Shown piece by piece: positions 1 to 9,768 of a stretch of 64,000 bases of DNA. Origin of the DNA: Nitrosopumilus sp. (GTDB taxonomy: Archaea > Thermoproteota > Nitrososphaeria > Nitrososphaerales > Nitrosopumilaceae); contig OY759726.1 in assembly GCA_963662625.1 (NCBI GenBank), positions 768,001 to 832,000 of the forward strand. The letters are read 5' to 3'. The notes below the pieces were generated by a model. That model made no database searches. It was not told the origin of the DNA and saw only the letters and a program-made list of their open reading frames with translations. A program made the translations under genes and the position numbers. Position 1 is the stretch's first letter; each line of letters begins with the position of its first letter.

Positions 1-114
1 GCCGCGGCAGAGTTCCAGGGCCAGGTGGAGCTCGTGGGAAGCACGGTCGGGATCCTGGGCGTGGTCTTCTTCATCTCCGGGCTGTTCTACGCCAAGGAAC
101 CCACGCTGCACTGA
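1..114 (+). CDS. 3' end of a membrane protein (partial)
   Basis: Frame 1 is open from the window edge: ...VGSTVGILGVVFFISGLFYAKEPTLH*, containing a hydrophobic helix. Confidence 0.6.
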   Translation, partial: AAAEFQGQVELVGSTVGILGVVFFISGLFYAKEPTLH

Positions 115-146
115 GAATAAATAATGACGGCGGGTACCAGAGTTGC

Positions 147-860
147 TTGAATGTGAGGCTGTCCGAGGTGTTTACCTCGATCGAGGGGGAGGGCATACTG
201 TACGGGACCAAGACGCTCTTCGTAAGGCTCGCGGGCTGCCCGTTCACCTGCTTTTACTGCGACACGCCAGAGTCCCTGCCGCTTGGATCCGGGAAGGAGT
301 ACACGGTGGGGGAGGCGCGCGGCCTGATCGACTCCAGCATCCGGGACAACACGTACAAGGTCAACTTCACCGGCGGCGACCCGCTCATCCAGCACGAGGC
401 GGTCGCGGAACTGGCAAGGCACGTCCAGAGAAAGCGGATCCCGACGTACCTAGAGTCCTCGTGCTTTGACTCTGAAAGGTTCGGCCTCGTGCTGCCGTTC
501 ATCGACATCGCGAAGATCGAGCTTAAGACGAGGGATTCTGGCTTCGTGGATCCCAAGCACCATTCCAGGCTGGTCGACAACGCGGTCAGGTGCCTGGAGC
601 TTTCCGCGTCTTCGGGGAAGACGACCTACGTCAAGATAGTCGTGAGCTCCAGGACCACCCCGGACGACCTCGGGGCGATGTCAGGGCGGATCTTCTCCAG
701 GGTCTCGGGGGACGACATCTCGGGGTTTGTCATCCAGCCCACGTACGGGGTGGCCGAACCGCCACTGGATCTGCTGCTCGACCTGTACGATACCGTGTTT
801 CCCCACTACGGGGAGGTCAAGGTCGTCCCGCAGCTCCACAAGATGATCGGCGCGCCGTGA
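147..860 (+). CDS. queE: 7-carboxy-7-deazaguanine synthase (radical SAM)
   Basis: EVFTSIEGEG...FVRLAGCPFTCFYCDT radical SAM motif, FTGGDP; adjacent to folE and queC. Confidence 0.93.
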   Translation: MNVRLSEVFTSIEGEGILYGTKTLFVRLAGCPFTCFYCDTPESLPLGSGKEYTVGEARGLIDSSIRDNTYKVNFTGGDPLIQHEAVAELARHVQRKRIPTYLESSCFDSERFGLVLPFIDIAKIELKTRDSGFVDPKHHSRLVDNAVRCLELSASSGKTTYVKIVVSSRTTPDDLGAMSGRIFSRVSGDDISGFVIQPTYGVAEPPLDLLLDLYDTVFPHYGEVKVVPQLHKMIGAP

Positions 861-946
861 TTGGGGCGGGCGGATCCCCTGCGGGGGCACCATGCCGCGC
901 AACCTGATTAGGTTCAAATAGTGGCAGGGGACTGTGAAAGCAGTCC

Positions 947-1501
<555 letters not shown>

Positions 1502-1533
1502 GCGCGGCCTGAAAAATTAAATAATCAGTCCCT

Positions 1534-1797
1534 TTGAGCACATCCATGGGTTCCCATTCCAACGTGCACGTCCCAAAAGAGTCATGGCCTCACTGGACGT
1601 GGTACGCCATCGAGTTCGGCATAGTGCTTGCGGTGTCCATGCTGGTCTCCAAGGAGATCACCGACTCGATCGCGGATCTTGCCCCGGACGTGCAAAACTG
1701 GGTGTTCATGGGGATAGTGGGGGCGATCTTCTTTGCCTGGTACATCGTTGTCAGGGGCCTGATCCTCAAAAAGAGGATCCTGGGAAGCAGGAACTAG
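1534..1797 (+). CDS. small two-TM hypothetical membrane protein
   Basis: Two hydrophobic helices and coding-like codon use; the start may be the downstream ATG. Confidence 0.8.
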   Translation: MSTSMGSHSNVHVPKESWPHWTWYAIEFGIVLAVSMLVSKEITDSIADLAPDVQNWVFMGIVGAIFFAWYIVVRGLILKKRILGSRN

Positions 1798-2472
1798 TCA
1801 TTCCATGTACCTCGTCTTGTCGGCAATCCCGGCCCGGGCAAACGCGGCCTTCCTGTTGTTGCACGACTCGCAGGCGCCGCAGTGGAGCCTCCCGTCGAGG
1901 TAGCAGCTCCAGGCCCCAAACACAGAGTCCCCCAGGATCCCGTGGCCCCGCTTGAGCAGGTCGCTTTTTGAGAGGCCCTCGGCGTACGGGGACCATATCT
2001 CCAGGCCCCTCCTCAGGCCCGCCTTTATGCCGTCGGCCTCCCCCCGGTTGAGCGCCGACGCGAGCTTCCTTGCAAACGGCGGCCTGCAGTCTGGGTAGTG
2101 CCTGTCCCCGGTATGCGCCCCGTACGCCACCAGCGACGCGCCCAGCGCGTACGCCCACGCCGACGCCACGGCGAGGAACACCGCGTTCCTTACCGGGACC
2201 ACGATCGAGTAGTCAAACGATCCCGGGACGCCCCGCCTCTTGCTGGTGAGGGCGTTAGAGTCCCCGTAAAGCCCCTTCATGAACCCGATGTCCACCACCC
2301 TGTGCTCCTTCAGGCCCAGCCTTTTGGCAAGCGCCCTCGCGGCCCTCACCTCCCTGCCGGCCTTCTGCCCGTACGAAAACGAGATCCCGTGGAGGCCGTA
2401 CCGCTTGCCCAGCATCGCGGCGCAGCAGGCCGAGTCTATCCCCCCGCTGAACACGATTACCGCCTTTTCCAC
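1798..2472 (-). CDS. queC: 7-cyano-7-deazaguanine synthase
   Basis: PP-loop SGGIDS, VPVRN, YPDC and C-terminal SCY...CGACESC; start trimmed to the GTG of VEKAVIVFSGG. Confidence 0.95.
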   Translation of the reverse strand: MEKAVIVFSGGIDSACCAAMLGKRYGLHGISFSYGQKAGREVRAARALAKRLGLKEHRVVDIGFMKGLYGDSNALTSKRRGVPGSFDYSIVVPVRNAVFLAVASAWAYALGASLVAYGAHTGDRHYPDCRPPFARKLASALNRGEADGIKAGLRRGLEIWSPYAEGLSKSDLLKRGHGILGDSVFGAWSCYLDGRLHCGACESCNNRKAAFARAGIADKTRYME

Positions 2473-2477
2473 GCGGA

Positions 2478-3395
2478 TCACTTCCTGACCGAGGCCCCCC
2501 GGGCCGGCTTGCACAGGACCGTCTGGCAGCCCGTCCCGGCCGAGGCAAACCCCCTGGACATGGCCGCGGCGATGCCCTCCAGGTCCGCCGACCTTTCCGA
2601 GAACGCTATCACCGAGGGGCCCGCGCCGCTTATCGTGACGCCCAGCGCGCCGGCCCTGAGGGCGTTCCTCTTGACCCTGGCGAACCCGGGGATCATGTGC
2701 ATCCTGGCGGGCTCGACGATCACGTCCCTGACCGAGGAGCCGATCATGCGCGGGTCCTTCCTCATGAACCCAGCCACGATCGACGCGGCGTTGGACAGGT
2801 TCGCGACGCTGTCCGCCAGCCCTACCTTCTCGGGGATCACCCCCCTCGACACCTGCGTCTTCCTTTCTGGGACGCCCACCCTCGGCACCGCCACGCACAT
2901 GCGCAGATCCCGCGGGGGGCTTATACTGATCACGTCCAACGGGTCCTTCCTGACGATCACAAATCCCCCCAGCACCGACGCCGCGACGTTGTCATAGTGG
3001 ACCGAGCCTGCGCTGGCCCTCTCCCCGTAGCCTGCGAGCCCCACCAGGGACCTGCCGTCTAGCCCCAGCCCGAACAGCCCGTCTGCCGCGACCGCGGCGG
3101 CGGCCGCCGACGCCGCGCTGCTGCCCATGCCGAATCCGGCGGGGACGCCCTTCTTTATGCTGATCCGGACGCCCCCCGTGATCCCGAACCTTTTCTTGAC
3201 GTTCTTTACCACCAGCCCGGCCGTGTTGCGGTCGGGGCTGGTGGGGACCCCGCCGTCGGCGAGGATCGAGATCCCCCTGTCCTGCCTTGCCAGGGTCACC
3301 TCGTCGAAGAACGCGTCGACTGCCAGCCCGAAGACGTCGAACCCGGGGCCCAGGTTCGCGGTGGACGACGGCGCCCTCACGGTGATCGAGTCCAC
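2478..3395 (-). CDS. thrB: homoserine kinase
   Basis: APSSTANLGPGFD, GHMP motif PAGFGMGSSAA, HYDNV, ISGAGPS. Confidence 0.96.
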   Translation of the reverse strand: MDSITVRAPSSTANLGPGFDVFGLAVDAFFDEVTLARQDRGISILADGGVPTSPDRNTAGLVVKNVKKRFGITGGVRISIKKGVPAGFGMGSSAASAAAAAVAADGLFGLGLDGRSLVGLAGYGERASAGSVHYDNVAASVLGGFVIVRKDPLDVISISPPRDLRMCVAVPRVGVPERKTQVSRGVIPEKVGLADSVANLSNAASIVAGFMRKDPRMIGSSVRDVIVEPARMHMIPGFARVKRNALRAGALGVTISGAGPSVIAFSERSADLEGIAAAMSRGFASAGTGCQTVLCKPARGASVRK

Positions 3396-4159
3396 TAGTC
3401 CTCCACCTCCTCGCCCAGGTTGAGGATCCTGCTCAGCGCTCCCTCCAGGTTTACGAGCCCGTCCCCCGTGACGTTGGAGATCGGCAGCAGCCCCTGCGCA
3501 AACCCGCCCAGGTTCAGGCCCCTCAGTATGTTCATGGCAAGGGAGTAGGTCTCCCCGTCGGCCTCCCTCGCGATGTCGTCCTCGAGCGCCTTCAGGCCGG
3601 AGGACCACCGGAGCACGTCCCCCAGCTTCTCCCCGATGAGGTCCGTCTTGGTCAGCGCGTTTACCGCCGGCAGGCCCAGCCGGAGCCTTATCGACGTCGC
3701 GAGCAGCGCGATTGAGACGAAGTTCACGGGGGTCGTGACCAGCGCGCCGTCGAACAGGAATATGCCCGTCTTTTCATCCGCGGCTATGTTGTCCACCAGG
3801 TACGGCCCGCTGGAGCGGTATGCGAACAGCTCGATCTGGCCGGGGGTGTCCACCAGCAGGTAGTCCGGGTTCGTGCCGTCCACCTCCCCTTGGATCTCGT
3901 CGATCTTCGAGGCGATCAGGTCGTTTGCCATGACCAGGGAGCCGTTTGGCCCCAGGTCATACTGCTGCATTATGGACACGATGTCGACGTGGTCCCTCAC
4001 GTCGATGTCGCAGGCGTACGGGAGCTTCTCGACCCCCGGATCCAGGTTCAGGATTGCCGTAAACGCGCCGTTTCTGGTATAATACTCGTACAGCTTCGAG
4101 GTGAGGAGGGACTTTCCCGCGCCCGCGGTACCGACCACAAAAATTGACTTCAATGCCAT
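3395..4159 (-). CDS. GPN-loop GTPase
   Basis: GTAGAGKS, NLDP, LGPNG and DTPGQIE motifs. Confidence 0.95.
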   Translation of the reverse strand: MALKSIFVVGTAGAGKSLLTSKLYEYYTRNGAFTAILNLDPGVEKLPYACDIDVRDHVDIVSIMQQYDLGPNGSLVMANDLIASKIDEIQGEVDGTNPDYLLVDTPGQIELFAYRSSGPYLVDNIAADEKTGIFLFDGALVTTPVNFVSIALLATSIRLRLGLPAVNALTKTDLIGEKLGDVLRWSSGLKALEDDIAREADGETYSLAMNILRGLNLGGFAQGLLPISNVTGDGLVNLEGALSRILNLGEEVED

Positions 4160-4208
4160 CTGGATCCGCTTTATTGGCTTATATTTGAATCCATGAAGAG
4201 ACCTACAA

Positions 4209-5225
4209 ATGAAGTGGCGAATCGTGGTGATACCCGCAACGCTCGTCCCCATCCTCATCATCGCGGTGCAGTTCGACATAAAGCCAGAAGACATATTCGC
4301 CATAGGGCTGCTTCCCTTCGCCGGGGCGGTCGCCGCGATGATGGCAAAGCTGGGCCTGCAGGGCGTGAAGTTCGCGTACATCACCCGGACGTACCTCGGG
4401 AAGTTCGACTCGTTCTGGAAGCTGACCGGCGTCAGGGTGGGAAGCGAGTTCATAAAGTTCACTACCCCGATGTTCGTCGGCGCCGAGTTCGTCGTGATCT
4501 ACTACCTGCACAAGAAAGGGGTAAAGCCGTCAAAGTCCACCTGGATTGCGATCATGGACATAGTCACCGAGGTCTTTGCCGGGGGCCTGCTGTCGATCCT
4601 GGCGGGGATCCTCGCCCTGCTCAGCGGCGCCTACGTGGTGGCCGCGATCGTGCTGGGCACCAGCGTGACGGTCACGGCCCTGTGGATGGTCATGTTCTTC
4701 CTGTCCGCAAAGAGGACCTTCCAGGTCCCCGGGGTGATCGCCGCCCTCGTCTCCAGGTTCGGAAAGGAGAAGGGGCAGCGGTACATCGAGGAGACCAACT
4801 CCTGGATGGGCGAGGTATGCGCGATGAGCAGGAAGAACCTGCGCACGCCCAAGTCGGTGAGGGTGTTTGCCGTCTCGTTCGCGATGTCCCTCGCGTCGTG
4901 GACGTTCTACGGGATCTCGTTCATGATCATAGCCATGGGGACGGGCTACGTCATAGGCGCGTTTGACTCCGTGATGGCCGTGATGGGGGCAAACGCGATA
5001 GGAAACCTGCCCATAACGGTGGGCGGCTCCGGGCTGGCGGAGTTTGGCATCGTGGCATACATCCAGAACCTCAACCCCTTCGAGTTCAACGTCCAGGGCG
5101 GGGACGTGGCCGAGTGGGACGCGGTCATAGGCTGGAGGATCGCGACGTATTACGTGCCAATACTGTTCACGTGGATGCTGATGGTGAGGCTGGCCCTGAG
5201 CAGGATAAAGCCGGAGCCGTCATAG
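4209..5225 (+). CDS. UPF0104 / lysylphosphatidylglycerol-synthase-like TM (flippase-like) protein
   Basis: Multi-TM protein with TP..GAE, PITVGGSGLAE and WRIATYY motifs. Confidence 0.85.
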   Translation: MKWRIVVIPATLVPILIIAVQFDIKPEDIFAIGLLPFAGAVAAMMAKLGLQGVKFAYITRTYLGKFDSFWKLTGVRVGSEFIKFTTPMFVGAEFVVIYYLHKKGVKPSKSTWIAIMDIVTEVFAGGLLSILAGILALLSGAYVVAAIVLGTSVTVTALWMVMFFLSAKRTFQVPGVIAALVSRFGKEKGQRYIEETNSWMGEVCAMSRKNLRTPKSVRVFAVSFAMSLASWTFYGISFMIIAMGTGYVIGAFDSVMAVMGANAIGNLPITVGGSGLAEFGIVAYIQNLNPFEFNVQGGDVAEWDAVIGWRIATYYVPILFTWMLMVRLALSRIKPEPS

Positions 5226-5236
5226 CGGCGCGGCGG

Positions 5237-5839
5237 TCACGCGTCGCGCTGCCCGACCAGCTGATCCTTGTCGAAGATGAACTGGAACGGGGCGTGCTCC
5301 TCGATGTCCCGGCGCTGCCCGGCGGTCCCCCTGAAGACGATGGCCATCAGGCACAGGCAGTCGTGCCGCTGTTCCTTCACGGCCTTTACGGCGGTGATTG
5401 CGGACATTCCGCTGGTGATCACGTCGTCCACTATGACGGCCGGCGAGCCGATCCGGCCCTCGATCATCTTCCGGGCCCCGTGATCTTTTGGCCGCTTGCG
5501 CACGTAGAACGAGTCGAGCAGCGGGCTCGACTGGTCCCCCTCGTGCTCGATGTAGCTTAGTTGCGAGATCGCCGTCGCGATCGGGATGGATCCCGACTCC
5601 AGCCCCCCGACCGACCTTACCCCCGGCAGGCGCCTGATCCGGGCGTAGAATGCCCGGGCTACCGCGTTGATCCCCTCCGGGTGGCCGTTTAGGAGCCGGA
5701 GGTCAAAGTAATACGGGCTCGTCGCCCCCGACGCCAGCCGGAACGGCCTGTCCGGGGAGTGCTGGAAAGCCCCGGTGTCCCTCAGCAGCCTGGCCAGCCT
5801 CTGCTCGTCAGTCTCGGTACCGGCCGGGCCCATCACCAA
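5237..5839 (-). CDS. pyrE: orotate phosphoribosyltransferase-like protein
   Basis: LASGATSPYYFDLR, VRK..KDHG and PRPP loop VIVDDVITSG. Confidence 0.8.
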   Translation of the reverse strand: MVMGPAGTETDEQRLARLLRDTGAFQHSPDRPFRLASGATSPYYFDLRLLNGHPEGINAVARAFYARIRRLPGVRSVGGLESGSIPIATAISQLSYIEHEGDQSSPLLDSFYVRKRPKDHGARKMIEGRIGSPAVIVDDVITSGMSAITAVKAVKEQRHDCLCLMAIVFRGTAGQRRDIEEHAPFQFIFDKDQLVGQRDA

Positions 5840-6295
5840 GCAGCCCCGCGCCCCAAAAATAAACCATTGCAGCCCGGAATGGCGGCCGGCGGCGGCGCGG
5901 CCGGGAAACGGGCTCGCGGGGTCAGCCGAAATTTGACAGGGCCCGCCGCATCCTCCCGGCCGTGATGTTTTGAAAGCGGCCGATCCTCTCCCCCAGCGAC
6001 CCCAGTCGGAGACTTAAAGCCGAGGCCGCGTCCGGGAAGCGCGGTCCCGGAGGGGTCTTCGTCCACCATCGCGATCACCTGGGAGATCTGGATCCCGCGG
6101 CGCGGGAACCCCTCGGCCGTCCCGAGGACGTGCGCCGCGCCGGCGGGGTAGGGCATCGCCTCCCTTGAGCTGCCGGCGGCCTCCCTGGCGCCCGCCGCCT
6201 TTTGGCCGGGGGCCAGCGCTGTTTTTAGTGATCTGGGTGCCGCCGGGGGCCGCGCGCAAAGATAATTATCAAACGTGCGGCACACACGTATCGAG

Positions 6296-7927
6296 ATGCT
6301 CCTGGACCACTTTCCAAGGCACGTGCCCCGCGACAGCCAGGTCCGCATCCTGAAGGCCCTGGACAGCGTCTTTGCCTCCGGGTACAGGAAGGTCATCATC
6401 TCGGCGCCGACGGGGATCGGGAAGAGCTTCGTCGCAAAGGCCATCGCGGACTCGATGGACACGTCGTTCATCGTCACGTCGACCAAATACCTCCAGGGCC
6501 AGTACGCCGGGGACTTTCCCGACACGAAGACCGTCAAGGGGATGCCGAACTTCGCGTGCTACCAGCAGATGGAGCTCGAGAAGGTATCCGACGCGGCGGC
6601 GGCGATGAGAAGGGGGCTTAGCTGCGACAGGGGGCAGTGCACGAGGAGGGAGGGCGGCAGGCAGGTCAGCTCGTGCAAGTACAAGTCGGGCGACCAGGCC
6701 GAAAAGCAGTGCCTCTACTACAAGCAGAAGGACGAGGGGCTGGAAGCCCCCCAGGCGATCCTCAACTACGCCATCTACTTCCAGCTTAAGAAATACCAGC
6801 CGACGTCGAAGGGCGTGAGCAGGACCGCCGGGATCTTCGACGAGGCGCACACTATTGAGAACGAGATCGTGAGGTTCCTGGGGCTGGATCTCTGGGCGGG
6901 GTACCTGAACGACGTGGGGATCGCCGCGAGCAGGTACAGGCTGGACGACATAGACGAGGTCATCCGCCTCCTGGACGACCTGAGGGTCGGGTATGCCCGG
7001 ATCCTGGCAGACGTGGAGAAGAACTCCGCGTCGCCCCAGTCCGCCGGGCAGGCGCAGGACTACGCGAGGATGCTCAAGCGGTTCAACCGGGTCGTCGACT
7101 TCAGGGCCATGATTGCGGGAGACAGGGAGAATTTCGTGGCCCAGGTGCCCGAAAACTACGCCGGGGGAAGCCCCAAGGCGCTCTCCGTCGTGCCGATTGA
7201 GATCGGCGGGTTTGTCGACAGCTTCTTTGACTCCGAGTACCAGGTGTTCCTGTCGGCGACCATAGACAGGGACAACTTTTCAAGGAGCCTGGGGCTGGGC
7301 GAATGCGCGTTCGTCGACCTGCCGAAATCTCCGTTCCCGAGGGAGAACAGGACGGTGGAGTTCCTGAACGTCAGGAGGCTGAGCCAGTCATCCACCCCCG
7401 AAGACAGGGCAGCGGTGATCGACCGGATCGGCGCGGTGATGCGGGATCACCAGGGCGAGCGGGGGCTGATCCTGACCTCGTCAAGGAAGCGGTGCGAAGA
7501 CATCCTCCGCCTCCTGCCGCCCGAACAGCGCGGGAGGATCCAGCTGGCTCACTCGGAGAACGAGGACGGCTCCACCATAGAGGAGATACTGGACGTCCAC
7601 AGGGACACGGAAAACGGCGTCCTGCTGTCGTCGTCCCTGTGGCAGGGGATAGACCTCAAGGACGACCTGTCCAGGTTCCAGATAATAGAGAAGTGCCCCT
7701 ACCTCTACCTAGGGGACAGGCGCGTCATGATAAAAAAGTCCAGGGACCCCCAGTGGTACAGGTACCAGACCGCCGTGAAGCTGCTGCAGGGGTTTGGCCG
7801 GAGCGTCAGGAACGACGGGGATCATGCCAAGACCTACGTCATGGACGAGTCGGTGCAGAGCCTGCTCGCGCGCAACAGGCACATGGTGCCGCTCGCATAC
7901 CACGACGTGATCTACGGCCGGGCCTGA
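6296..7927 (+). CDS. DinG/XPD/Rad3-family SF2 helicase
   Basis: SAPTGIGKS, Cys cluster (Fe-S region), DEAH, SAT, GID and QGFGRSVR; ATG 6296 chosen from TATA spacing (alternative GTG 6275). Confidence 0.9.
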   Translation: MLLDHFPRHVPRDSQVRILKALDSVFASGYRKVIISAPTGIGKSFVAKAIADSMDTSFIVTSTKYLQGQYAGDFPDTKTVKGMPNFACYQQMELEKVSDAAAAMRRGLSCDRGQCTRREGGRQVSSCKYKSGDQAEKQCLYYKQKDEGLEAPQAILNYAIYFQLKKYQPTSKGVSRTAGIFDEAHTIENEIVRFLGLDLWAGYLNDVGIAASRYRLDDIDEVIRLLDDLRVGYARILADVEKNSASPQSAGQAQDYARMLKRFNRVVDFRAMIAGDRENFVAQVPENYAGGSPKALSVVPIEIGGFVDSFFDSEYQVFLSATIDRDNFSRSLGLGECAFVDLPKSPFPRENRTVEFLNVRRLSQSSTPEDRAAVIDRIGAVMRDHQGERGLILTSSRKRCEDILRLLPPEQRGRIQLAHSENEDGSTIEEILDVHRDTENGVLLSSSLWQGIDLKDDLSRFQIIEKCPYLYLGDRRVMIKKSRDPQWYRYQTAVKLLQGFGRSVRNDGDHAKTYVMDESVQSLLARNRHMVPLAYHDVIYGRA

Positions 7928-7996
7928 CGGCCCGCGCGCCTTCGCGCGGCGGGCCCCTGCGAAAGCGCTTTATCCCGAGGCCGGCTTGTCTGTTTA

Positions 7997-8797
7997 TTGG
8001 ACCTTGGGGGCAGGAACGTCGTGGTCACCGGCGCGTCGTCGGGAATAGGGAGGGCCGCCGCGGCCGAGTTCGCGAGGAAGGGCGCCAACGTCGCCCTCGT
8101 GGCCCGGCGGCGGGAGAGGCTGCGGCAGGTGGAGGAGGAGCTGGAAGGATCCGGCGGCTCGACGCTGGTCTGCCCCTGCGACGTGTCGGACAGGGGCCAG
8201 GTGGCCAGGCTCCACGAGGAGGTCGCCGGGGGGCTCGGCCCCGTGGACGTCCTGGTAAACAACGCGGGGTTTGCCACGTATGGCACGGTCTCCGAGCTGT
8301 CCGTCGACGAGATCGAGGCGCAGATGGCCACCAACTACTTTGGGATGGTCTACTGCACGAAGCGCTTCCTCCCGGGCATGCTGGAGGCCGGTTCCGGCCA
8401 CATAGTCAACGTCGCCTCGGTCGCCGCCAGTTTCGGCCTGCCCGGGATCGCCCCGTACTGCGCATCCAAGTTCGCCATGCTGGGGTTCTCCGAGGGCCTG
8501 AAGCACGAGCTGAAGGGCACCGGAGTCGGGGTCACCGTCGTCAGCCCGATCATGGTGCGCACCGGTTTTTTTGACCACCCGTCGTTCGGGAAGATGCCCA
8601 GGTACTCCCCGGCGTCCCTGAGCGCGGAGAACGTGGCGAGGGCGGTCCTGAGGGCCGCGGGATCCCCCCGCCTGGAGATCATCGTCCCGCAGATAGTCCG
8701 GGCGGCGGTATGGTGCAAGCACACGTTCCCGTTCATAGTGAACCCGGCGGTGGGATCCGCGTTCAAGAGGGGCCTGGACTCGGCCAAGGGCGGCTGA
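7997..8797 (+). CDS. SDR family oxidoreductase
   Basis: TGASSGIG, NNAG and YCASK motifs. Confidence 0.95.
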   Translation: MDLGGRNVVVTGASSGIGRAAAAEFARKGANVALVARRRERLRQVEEELEGSGGSTLVCPCDVSDRGQVARLHEEVAGGLGPVDVLVNNAGFATYGTVSELSVDEIEAQMATNYFGMVYCTKRFLPGMLEAGSGHIVNVASVAASFGLPGIAPYCASKFAMLGFSEGLKHELKGTGVGVTVVSPIMVRTGFFDHPSFGKMPRYSPASLSAENVARAVLRAAGSPRLEIIVPQIVRAAVWCKHTFPFIVNPAVGSAFKRGLDSAKGG

Positions 8798-8798
8798 G

Positions 8799-9188
8799 TC
8801 ACCCGTCGGCGTCGGGATCGCCGGAGCCTGCGTCGAGCGGCTCCACGGACTTTAGCTCGAACCGGTAGATCGCCATCATGTCTATCTCCTTCTCCTTTTG
8901 CAGGTACTCGGAGACCTCCCTGTTCAGGGGCGCCCTGTACTGGTCGAACGTGAACTCGTACACGACGCCTTTTTCCAGTTCGGGCGGCTTGTCCCCCCCG
9001 GGCAGGTCCATCGTGACTATGTGCCGCCCGTCCTCCACGGGCTCGTATAGTTGCGCGTCTGCCTTGCCGTCCTGCCCGTATATCTCCAGGACGTACCCGG
9101 TCCTCCTGAGCTCCTCGGGCTTCCCAAACTTTGCGGCCTGGATCTCGTCGGAAACCCATCCCGGAATCTCGTCTTTCTTCTTTGCCAT
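8799..9188 (-). CDS. hypothetical protein
   Basis: 129-aa ORF with globular composition, co-oriented with its neighbour. Confidence 0.8.
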   Translation of the reverse strand: MAKKKDEIPGWVSDEIQAAKFGKPEELRRTGYVLEIYGQDGKADAQLYEPVEDGRHIVTMDLPGGDKPPELEKGVVYEFTFDQYRAPLNREVSEYLQKEKEIDMMAIYRFELKSVEPLDAGSGDPDADG

Positions 9189-9198
9189 GCCGCCGGTC

Positions 9199-9504
9199 CT
9201 AGGTCTGCTGCTTTTCCTTCTTGCTCTTCTGCCACCATTCCAGATAGTCGTCCTGCTTGTCCTGCCTGGTCCTTTCCTTCTGGCTCAGCCTGTGCCGTAT
9301 GTCGGCCACCTGCTCCCGCGTCGCGTACAGCCCGCACACCCTGCAGACGAAGTGCCTCGTGGACGGGTCCAGCTTCATGGGGATGTCTATCTCGTCGAAC
9401 AGCTTGTAAAGGTCCTCCTTGCTCCTGTCCTCGGGCACCTCTTCCTCGTACCTTGCCTGGATCTTCTTCTTTTCCCTTGCGGCGCATTCGGGGCAGTTGG
9501 GCAT
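9199..9504 (-). CDS. small Zn-finger hypothetical protein
   Basis: CPEC...CRVCG pairs. Confidence 0.85.
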   Translation of the reverse strand: MPNCPECAAREKKKIQARYEEEVPEDRSKEDLYKLFDEIDIPMKLDPSTRHFVCRVCGLYATREQVADIRHRLSQKERTRQDKQDDYLEWWQKSKKEKQQT

Positions 9505-9664
9505 TGCTCATTTGGCTTGGTTTTTTCCATAAAAGCGTTCCCACTTGTTGGGCTGGGCGGAAGGCGCTCCGCGGCGGCGTGGCGGGCGCCCGGGCGCGCG
9601 CGTGTCCCGCGGCTTGCAGGCGGGGCCGGGGGCACGCCTCCGGCCCATCCCGGGCGGCGGCCGC

Positions 9665-9754
9665 CAGAGTCTCTTATCTGACACGTGGATTTTTCGTCAT
9701 CCCTTGCGGTCCGTTCGCCCATCGAACATCCCACGTGCCAGACGCGGTAGGCTG
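9665..9754. mobile_element. possible MITE-like element / inverted-repeat remnant
   Basis: CAG...CTG ends; internal IR tctgacacgtgg (9677-9688) / ccacgtgccaga (9731-9742); near-duplicated flanks gccgc/gccgg. Confidence 0.35.
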
Positions 9755-9768
9755 GCCGGGATCGCGTA

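Noticed and set aside
6296-7927. DinG helicase as a type IV CRISPR component
   Set aside because: No cas genes or repeat-spacer array were seen in the window.
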